Part shown: piece by piece, positions 1 to 9,185 of the stretch | Numbering within the stretch: position 1 is the first letter of the stretch | Layout: each line of letters starts with the position of its first letter | NCBI GenBank assembly: GCA_964036045.1 | Contig: OZ038379.1 | Coordinates: forward strand, 71,486,001-71,550,000 | From: Eutreptiella sp. 'Long Island Sound 2002' | Taxonomy: Eukaryota; Protista; Euglenida | Direction of reading: 5' to 3' | DNA length: 64,000 nt | The notes under the pieces: generated by a model | Told to the model about the DNA's origin: nothing | Database searches by the model: none | What the model saw: the letters and a program-made list of their open reading frames with translations, nothing else | Program-made: the position numbers and the translations under genes

Positions 1-748
1 TCCGATTCTTATCAAACGCCACACGCATGCACCGAAAAATAGTGTCTCCAACGCATTTCGTGTTGGAAGTCTTGTCTGCAGTGAAACCATCACTCCTACT
101 TTCATGGGGCACCAAATGCTTCTCAAAAGTGTCATCTAAAGCAGTAGCTATGCGGAGCGAGGTACGAGCGGTAAGGAGGAGAGCGATCTGTGTATGATCA
201 TCGGTATCCTATGCAGGCATATTGAAAAAAGCACCATCAGGTTTCTGCCACGAATCCTCCGCAAACATCGTTCAGGTGGTGCCAAACCATGCCGGCCCCG
301 ATTAACTCTGGGTTGGATTGACTCAGTCAAGTTAGTCAGCAGTCACCAATTTTTGACTCAGTCAAGTCAAGTCACGAGTCACACCGTTGGGGGGGCACAA
401 TTGGGCGACTTGCACGCTTGATTACTCCCCAGGACCATGGGACTAGGGGAGGTGCAGAGGAGGAGCGAAGGCACCAAAGCAATGGTGAGGTCCTCACGAT
501 TGAATAGGGGCCTGAGCGAGTCCTCCGGCAGAGGGCGGGAGGGTCCGCAATCAAGTTAGTAGGGGTGCGCCCAGGCCATGCCCAGGTTAGGGTGATTTGC
601 CGAACTCCGAGGCTTTTGCGCCCGTGGGTCACAGTCGCGGTGATTTCTCAAAATTTTTTTTGGATCTGCAGGATTTTTTTCACTTGGCCCCGGCAGGGCC
701 GCGGTATTCTTCTGGTCGCGTGGGGGATGGGCGGGAATGGCTATGCAG

Positions 749-750
<2 letters not shown>

Positions 751-788
<38 letters not shown>
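751..788. repeat. (CT)19 microsatellite abutting the 5' terminus of the first Helitron
   Basis: 38-nt perfect CT run, read as (TC)18 at 752-787, directly followed by TTATTAATATATTTAATTG, the element 5' motif. Confidence 0.97.
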
Positions 789-792
<4 letters not shown>

Positions 793-3461
793 AATATATT
801 TAATTGTGGTAAGGTTCGTCGTCGTTCGTCATACACGAAAAATCCTCCCAATTGTGCACGCTGCTGCTGGCGCGCGCGCGTGCCCGTCAAATGGCATCTG
901 GCGGATTTCGATTTCGATTTCTGGCACGAGAAATCGATCTGAAATCATGGAATCATGTGTTGTGGACATCTGTATGTACTGTACAATCGATTATCCGGGT
1001 GTCTGCACGAATAATCCCGCCTGTTGACTTTTGGCGATTTTAGCCAACAGGCAGCAGTGGCGACAGTTCTCTCGCTTATAGAGTACGGGATATGAGGTTT
1101 GAGACATGAGTCATGAGGTACGGGATACGAGGTACGGGATATGCGGTTTGTTGTACGCACTGTGAGGTATGGGTGATGTGTTTGGAAATATGGATTATGC
1201 GAATCGAGGTGTCAAATGTGGTGTCAGAGTACAGTTTAGGAGGGATAAATTTCACTCATAGAGTACGGGATATGATGTTTGAGACATGAGTCATGTGGCA
1301 CGGGATATGAGGTACGGGACATGAGGTGTGTTGTATTGGGTATGCGAAATGCGGTGCGGTGTGAGATATGGTGCTATGGTGATATGGTGATATGGGGCGA
1401 TTTTAGCCAACACGCAGCACTGGCGACAGTTCTCTCGCTTATAGAGTACGGGATATGAGGTTCGAGACATGAGTCATGAGGTACGGGATACGAGGTACGG
1501 GATATGCGGTATGTTGTACACAGTGTGAGGTATGGGTGATGTGTTTGGAAATATGGATTATGCGAATCGCGGTGTCCAATGTGGTGTGAGAGTACAGTTT
1601 ATGAGGGGCAAATTTCACTCATAGAGTACAGGATATGATGTTTGTGACATGAGTCATTTCGCACGGGATATGAGGTACGCGACATGAGGTGTGTTGTATT
1701 GGGTATGCGAAATGCGGTGCGGTGTGAGATATGGTGCTATGGTGCTATGGTGATATGGCCCGCGCTTTAAGCGCGGGCATTCGCACTAGCTATTATATTT
1801 AATTGTGCTATGGTTCGTCGTTCGTCGTTCGTCGTCGTCGTTCGTCATACCAAAAAATCCGCCCAATTGTGCACGCTGCTGCTGGCGCGCGCGCGTGCCC
1901 GTCAAATGGCATCTGGCGGATTTGCGATTTCGATTTCTGGCACGAGAAATCGATCTGCAATCACGGAATCATGTAATCTGAATGTAATGTGAGGTATGGG
2001 TGATGTGTTTGGAAATATGGATTATGCGAATCGAGGTGTCAAATGTGGTGTCAGAGTACAGTTTAGGAGGGATAAATTTCACTCATAGAGTACGGGATAT
2101 GATGTTTGAGACATGAGTCATGTGGCACGGGATATGAGGTACGGGACATGAGGTGTGTTGTATTGGGTATGCGAAATGCGGTGCGGTGTGAGATATGGTG
2201 CTATGGTGATATGGTGATATGGGGCGATTTTAGCCAACATGCAGCACTGGCGACAGTTCTCTCGCTTATGGAGTACGGGATATGAGGTTCGAGACATGAG
2301 TCATGAGGTACGGGATACGAGGTACGGGATATGCGGTATGTTGCACACAGTGTGAGGTATGGGTGATGTGTTTGGAAATATGGATTATGCGAATCGCGGT
2401 GTCCAATGTGGTGTGAGAGTACAGTTTATGAGGGGCAAATTTCACTCATAGAGTACAGGATATGATGTTTGTGACATGAGTCATTTCGCACGGGATATGA
2501 GGTACGCGACATGAGGTGTGTTGTATTGGGTATGCGAAATGCGGTGCGGTGTGAGATATGGTGCTATGGTGCTATGGTGATATGGCCCGCGCTTTAAGCG
2601 CGGGCATTCGCACTAGCTATTATATTTAATTGTGCTATGGTTCGTCGTTCGTCGTTCGTCGTCGTCGTTCGTCATACCAAAAAATCCGCCCAATTGTGAA
2701 CGCTGCTGCTGGCGCGCGCGCGTGCCCGTCAAATGGCATCTGGCGGATTTGCGATTTCGATTTCTGGCACGAGAAATCGATCTGCAATCACGGAATCATG
2801 TAATCTGAATGTACTGTACAATCGATTATCCGGGTATCTGCACGAATAATCCCGCCTGTTGACTTTTGGCGATTGTAGCCAACAGGCAGCAGTGGCGACA
2901 GTTCTCTCGCTTATAAAGTACGGGATATGAGGTTTGCGACATGAGTCATGAGGTACGGGATACCAGGTACGGGATATGCGGTATGTTGTACACAGTGTGA
3001 GGTATGGGTGATGTGTTTGGAAATATGGATTATGCGAATCGCGGTGTCAAATGTGGTGTCAGAGTACAGTTTAGGAGGGGTAGGTTTCACTCATAGAGTA
3101 CGGGATATGATGTTTGAGACATGAGTCAGGTGGCACGGGATATGAGGTACGGGACATGAGGTGTGTTGTATTGGGTATGCGAAATGCGGTGCGGTGTGAG
3201 ATATGGTGCTATGGTGATATGGTGATATGGCCCGCGCTTCAAGCGCGGGCATTCGCACGGTAAATACAGTTTGAGAGGGGTAAATTTCACCCATAGAGTA
3301 CGAGATATGCTGTTTGAGACATGAGTCAGGTGGCACGGGATATATGAGGTACGGGACATGAGGTGTGTTGTATTGGGTATGCGAAATGCGGTGCGGTGTG
3401 AGATATGGTGCTATGGTGATATGGTGATATGGCCCGCGCTTCAAGCGCGGGCATTCGCACT
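786..3461 (+). mobile_element. Cluster A: three short non-autonomous Helitrons (786-1789, 1790-2616, 2617-3461)
   Basis: Each has the 5' motif, a (TCG)n/(GTTC)n tract and GC-rich GCGCGCGCGTGC, internal GT-rich subrepeats and the 3' hairpin. CTAG at 1786-1789 and 2613-2616; the third ends CACT at 3461. No coding capacity. Confidence 0.9.
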
Positions 3462-3953
3462 TCTTAATATATTTAATTGTGCTATGGTCGTCGTCGTCGT
3501 TGTCGTCGTCGTTCGTCATACCCAAAAAATCCTCCCAATTGTGCTCGCTGCTGCTGGCGCGCGCGCGTGCTGCCTGTGGAACTTTTGGATTTGCAAATGC
3601 GTTTTTAGATTTGCAAATGCGATGTCTGGGAATGTTAGATTTGCAAATGTACTTTTGTTTTTCGAATACTGATACTGTGCGCAGCATTTAGGGTTTTGCT
3701 GCAGGCGGTAACGGATCCGGCCGGTCCGCAAACCGCCCGGTCAAGCGTTCTGATGCACTTGATGGGTAGTGATACAGTCCAATGTTGACAATGACTGATG
3801 ATGCATGCTATAGCGGGCAACACGTCACTCAGTGAAGATTTTTAGATTTAGATTTTGATTTGGTTAGAATGAACATGGTTAGAAAAAACAAACATGTAAC
3901 ACATGTTGAAAACCATTCTTTCTACCTCCTTTGCAACAGTGATCGTAATCGAA

Positions 3954-4081
3954 AATGTTGAGCTTCTTGAATGCCAAAAAGGTTGAAGAGGAGCAAAAGG
4001 CCAAGGAAGAGGAAAAGAAGCAGTTGGAGGAGGAAGAAAAGGACATGGATGGAGAGGAGATGAAGAAGAGAACAGAGGTGC
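3954..4081 (+). pseudogene. Captured K/E-rich exon fragment (..KAKEEEKKQLEEEEKDMDGEEMKKRTE) ending at a GT donor at 4078; probably an upstream exon of the CCAR1-like gene (copy in U2 at +13840)
   Basis: 4052-4081 matches 60213-60242 at 29/30 nt. In U4 that sequence is the exon end preceding the CCAR1-like intron. Confidence 0.5.
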
Positions 4082-4557
4082 CTCAAAACCAACGACGAAC
4101 TATTGGCCGCGCTGAAAGAAACGTCGGACGTGTTGAAAAACTCGAAGACTACTGTGCATGACAGATGATCAGGTGTTGTTTCGAGTTGTGTTGTTCGCAG
4201 CTTGAGCTGGCGACTTGCCGTCGTTTTGACGTCGAAAGCGATCATGAGCATAACGCAGTTCTCGTTCCCACATGCCGCACATGCCGAGCTACATGATTAC
4301 ATGGGCCATTTGCTTGTGTTGACGATAATTTCCGTGACTCCTTGGAGTATTTGAGTTCGTTCTTTACTGAAAACACTGTGAAGGTATCCCACATGCCGCA
4401 CATGCCGAGCTACATGATTACATGGGCCATTTGCTTGTTTTGCCATCGAAGTGACGATGTTCGGCATGCACGGATGCACGAAACAAGCTAGGACGATTGG
4501 TTTTTACAACGTGTGTCGGCCCAAGTTTGTGACTTCCTCTTCACCTTTTCACACTAG

Positions 4558-5349
4558 GACCGGAAGAATTTGAGGGGACTTCTTGAACAAAGATCCTTGG
4601 TCCTCCACGAGAACTTCCTTGCGGAGTTCGACAAAGTGAACGAGGTCAGTGTGTGTGGTATTTTGTGTCGCTTTTGCTTCGCACCACGAATTGTACCTCC
4701 AATGTCGACCGTCATTGAGCACAACCGGCTTTCGGCCGATGTTGCGTTTTAGAGCCAATGCCGTGTTTGTTGCAACAACCAAGGGCACGAGGAATCTTTC
4801 AAATTGGTGACGACTCCTTCTCGAGTCGTCTGCACTCAGTGCTAAGTAGATCGTGGCGTCAAGTCACGCGGCCAATTTGTGCATTACTAAGGCATGTCGT
4901 CGGAAAAACTTAATACGGTGGTGCCAACGCGATCAATCATGAGTCCTTTGACATTTTTGTGGTGAGATGTATCTTGTGTAGTCTCACTATGTGCTTCAAC
5001 CTACACGACCCGCAGTTCAAATGAATCCACTGTTCAAAATGGCAGAGAGTTGCAAGCCCCATGTCATCATTGCTTATGGACCCAATGTTGTTGAGCCTAT
5101 TGGTGAGCATTGTTTCGTTATTGTTGCACACCGGCGCAACTTGGCACTTGACGCACCGCACCAGACGCACCGCACCATCACATGATCCATCTTTCTTTCA
5201 TTGCGCACTCGTAGTTGCTTGAGGCAGTGGAGAAGGATGTACACGACTTGGCGGAGGTTTGTGATGGTGTTAGTACTATGTTGAGAGAAACAAAGCAAGA
5301 AGCATCCGCTGTGGTCACGACGGCGGCCGTATTGCAATCGGAATTGCAG
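4558..5349 (+). pseudogene. COG6: Captured COG6 (conserved oligomeric Golgi subunit 6) N-terminal fragment, exons 4558-4644 and 5215-5349
   Basis: AG/GT-bounded phase-0 exons join to DRKNLRGLLEQRSLVLHENFLAEFDKVNE|LLEAVEKDVHDLAEVCDGVSTMLRETKQEASAVVTTAAVLQSELQ. This is colinear with the recalled COG6 N-terminus (RRNLRGDIERKSLAINEEF..DV...C......L...K..........LQSE.Q). Confidence 0.75.
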
Positions 5350-5824
5350 GTGGTTTTCGTTTCGTGCCACAATCTACTTGAATGTCCCATTCCCCCGAGT
5401 CTTTTGAGGGATATTGCTCGTTTTGCTTTGCATTGTGTACATATTTCATTGGTGGTAGAATTCCCGCCCACGGCCGCCATGGATCGTAAAGGAACCAACA
5501 CCGCCCATAGCCGATTGACCCGTTCCGCGACATTGCGTGCCTCTCTACGTGCCAATGGATTCTTGACTCGCGGTTATCCTAAAATCATGATTTAAAATCT
5601 ATGCTTTTGAGGTGTGGCACACCTTGCACTCAAGGCAATGGGAGGGTAGAATTACCCTGCACCGCCCTGATGTTGAGTTTTGCACGACGGAAAGAAATTT
5701 TCTGGTAGGCTAAGGTAAGCGATTGCTTCCTGATTCACTCACCTACTCAACTTGAATACGTGAGCACCGAAATGCGGGTCAATTGCTTCGGTCCGTTTTC
5801 GCGGTTCTTCTAAGTTTGAGAAGC

Positions 5825-6662
5825 CCTAACAAATCCTACAAAACACGAGTTGGCGAAGAGTGGGGACACTCGTTTTCGTTGCGTTCTACCCCCTTGGCTT
5901 TCTGTGTATGGGCGACCATGTATGTTTACGGCGAAGGAGGTAGGTTCCGGGGAAACCCGAGGAACCATCTCGATGCTTCGTTGATTGGAAGCTCGCATAC
6001 GGTAGCAATGGCAAGAACACATCCATTATTCGAAGATATTTTTGCGGGGCGATACGCGACCTCCCTTGTCAGCTTTGTGTTTTGTGAGATCAAACAAATA
6101 GGGCCTAACAAATCCTACAAAACACGAGTTGGCGAAGAGTGGGGACACTCGTTTTCGTTGCGTTCTACCCCCTTGGCTTTCTGTGTATGGGCGACCATGT
6201 ATGTTTACGGCGAAGGAGGTAGGTTCCGGGGAAACCCGAGGAACCATCTCGATGCTTCGTTGATTGGAAGCTCGCATACGGTAGCAATGGCAAGAACACA
6301 TCCATTATTCGAAGATATTTTTGCGGGGCGATACGCGACCTCCCTTGTCAGCTTTGTGTTTTGTGAGATCAAACAAATAGGGCCTAACAAATCCTACAAA
6401 ACACGAGTTGGCGAAGAGTGGGGACACTCGTTTTCGTTGCGTTCTACCCCCTTGGCTTTCTGTGTATGGGCGACCATGTATGTTTACGGCGAAGGAGGTA
6501 GGTTCCGGGGAAACCCGAGGAACCATCTCGATGCTTCGTTGATTGGAAGCTCGCATACGGTAGCAATGGCAAGAACACATCCATTATTCGAAGATATTTT
6601 TGCGGGGCGATACGCGACCTCCCTTGTCAGCTTTGTGTTTTGTGAGATCAAACAAATAGGGC
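5825..6662. repeat. 3 x 279-bp tandem repeat inside the U1 cargo
   Basis: Unit starts at 5825, 6104 and 6383; copies appear identical. Confidence 0.97.
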
Positions 6663-7697
6663 TAAGGGAGTGTTTAACATGACTTGACCTTCGACGCGCA
6701 ATCGGTGATCTTGGAGCTTCTATGTGTTTTGTAGGTTTATTACCAAAATCTGCAGCAACAATTCTCGGCATGTTACGCGCCACTACAGTTGCAAAAATCC
6801 ACCGAGATGCAATCGACAGGGGCAACCCCTTCGTCCATGTGGTCAATCCGCCACCCAAGAACAACTCTGCAGGTGAGAAGAAGGTTTGTTGCGATGCTCG
6901 AGATCGATGTTACGCCGGAGCTGGCGGCGCCGTACGCACCCGCTTGCGGCAAAGCAAGGAACACACGATCGCTCTTTGGCAATCCTTGCCGCACGGCGAC
7001 CATGTGGTTTCGGAGTAAGGTTGCTTGTCCTCTGCGCGTTCTCATTTGAGCTGCACAGCACACCCTCATAGATCAATTGGATGGGGTATGCTGGTGTCTT
7101 TGGCCCTGTAATTTTGGCACTCGCCAGTTCCCTCCATGTCTTGGCACTGCTTGTTATTTCCTCCCCATTCAGCCCAGATTGTGTTCTGTATCATCTCAGC
7201 AGCACATGATTGCTGAAGTTGAATTCTTTTCTCCTTGACCACCTGCATCGCTCTGGCAAATCGTATACGTAATTGGTTCAGACTTTTGCTTATGGTGGGT
7301 GGCACTGGAGTCAAGGGGGTGGGAACGAGCTGGATTCAGCACCTGTGGGTGCCAGGTTTTGGGTTTCACGGCTATTCGCAATGGGGAGGGGGAAGGGCTC
7401 TGCATGGGTGAGCATCAGGCTCAGACCCCCCCCCCCCCTGCTTATATCAGTTGGGGGTTTTGGGTCATCATGATTTGCAGACTTCTGTCTGCCGTTTGCT
7501 CTCAAACAGAGGTGCTTCGCTGGTTGGGTAACTCATTCCCTGTGCATGTATGCCGACACCATGCAAAAACAGTTTTGTGGCTATGGGGCGGTGATTGGTG
7601 GTCTTGACAAAGCCAAGCAGGCAGCCAGCCTCCAGGATTCGACGGTGCATCCACGCACAGTGTTTGTGAAGGGCTGTCATTTCCCTGCTTTTCATAG

Positions 7698-7983
7698 GTT
7701 GGCCAGTTACACAGTGATTGAAGAAAAGCATATTGATTTGCCTCCTGAACCTAAACCTGAGCCCCTTGCTGAGATGAAGAAGGACGATGAACCCATGGCA
7801 GAGGACGGCGAGGAAACCAAAGAGGACAGGCTAGCAGAAGAGGCTGCTGCTGAGGAAGAGGCTGCCCCTGCCACCGAGGAAGAGGCTGTTGCTGAAGAGG
7901 CTGCTGCTGAGGAGGCTCCAGCCGCAGAACCCGACACGGAGATGACGGACGCTGCGGCTGAAAATGGGGAGGCTGAGGCGTAA
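7698..7983 (+). pseudogene. Acidic C-terminal tail of the captured CCAR1-like gene, internally deleted form (also 21538-21823 and 37427-37712)
   Basis: Near-identical to 61140-61425 of U4, but fused to the upstream intron acceptor by a 770-bp deletion with GGT microhomology. Confidence 0.65.
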
Positions 7984-7992
7984 AAGGAAGTC

Positions 7993-8396
7993 TATTTGGT
8001 TCTTGCAGTCGTGGCCATCATGGCACATGAACTATGAAATTGGATCTGATTTATCAATGGCCAGGACAGTCGTTGTGGGATTCAAATGTGAATGTGTGCT
8101 TTGTACGTTTTCATTAAAATCTGCCCAATGCAAATTGCCTGCTGCTCTGTAGTTTAGATCCTGTGTTATGTGGGCTTTTGCAATCCAGGGTGTGTATTTG
8201 GTTCTTGCAGTCGTGGCCATCATGGCACATGAACTATGAAATTGGATCTGATTTATCAATGGCCAGGACATTCGTTGTGGGATTCAAATGTGAATGTGTG
8301 CTTTGTACGTTTTCATTAAAATCTGCCCAATGCAAATTGCCTGCTGCTCTGTAGTTTAGATCCTGTGTTATGTGGGCTTTTGCAATCCAGGGTGTG
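7993..8396. repeat. 2 x 202-bp tandem duplication in the captured 3'-UTR-like region (U1 and U2 only)
   Basis: TATTTGGTTCTTGCAG at 7993 and 8195; single copy in U3 (about 37722) and U4 (about 61435). Confidence 0.93.
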
Positions 8397-8985
8397 GAGT
8401 GCCCGCAGTTGATGGATGTTTGAGCGATGCACAAGTGCAACATGGATTTCATGTACATCATGGGCTGCAGCACCCTGAAGGGTAGGTCAGACCTGGGGTT
8501 GACCTGGGTGTCTGGAGTTGCCCGGCTTTGCCCGCCACCCTGAAGCTGTCCTGACGGCCTGTATGGGTAGATTCCCCACTCTGTGGGATGGACAGTGGAT
8601 GGAATGGCCAGCGCTCCTCCAGCCCCGGCTACTCAGGGCTATTTACCTTGATAGGTGCAGAGCAGGGAGTGACGCGCTGAAATTCTATGTTCCCCTCACA
8701 CTTGCAATCAAACAAAACCAGAAAAAATAGCATGCAAAAACAGCAAGCCACACACAAACTATGACATGCAAACCCATTGGACTGGCGCAAAATACTGAAA
8801 CTGACTACTTATTTACAACACCACCTCAGTGAAGGCATCGAAATAGATTAAGATTCACACCACTACTCAAAGGGAGGGAGGGCTCGCTTATGTCGTTACT
8901 CCATTGCCTGAGATTGCATTTGTGAGGTGAGATACGCTCTTTCCAGTGATACTGCACTGCTGCCAAATTGAGAGCTCTTGCACTA

Positions 8986-9185
8986 GATGTCCGGGCCCTT
9001 GGTCCAATCTCAATTGAAGTCGCAGTTGGTGGTTTGAGATATGGGCTCTGTTAAACACATTCATGTTGCAGCAAAAGTGGGTCTGGATGTCCGGTCCTTT
9101 GGTCCAATTTCAATTCAAGTGCAAGTTGGTGGTTTGAGATATGGGCCCTGTTCAACGCATTCATGCTGCAGCAGAAGGGTGTGTG
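8986..9185. repeat. Degenerate 2 x 100-bp tandem repeat shared by the long elements
   Basis: GATGTCCGG...GTTGGTGGTTTGAGATATGGG at 8986 and 9086; counterparts near 22826, 39060 and 62790. Confidence 0.8.

Noticed and set aside
786-3461. CRISPR-like or prokaryotic repeat array
   Set aside because: There are no unique spacers and no cas genes; the units are Helitron termini plus internal subrepeats in a spliceosomal-intron context.
3790-3840. Hammerhead ribozyme at CTGATGA
   Set aside because: No matching GAAA core or supporting stems were found by eye.
4546-4557. TTTTCACACTAG as an internal fossil Helitron 3' end (also CACTAG at 8981)
   Set aside because: There is no upstream hairpin; the first is better explained as the COG6 splice acceptor.
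5783-6682. 299-aa ORF as a real gene
   Set aside because: It is open only because the 279-bp unit is a multiple of three; it has a TTG start and no motif, and is broken by TGA in U2.
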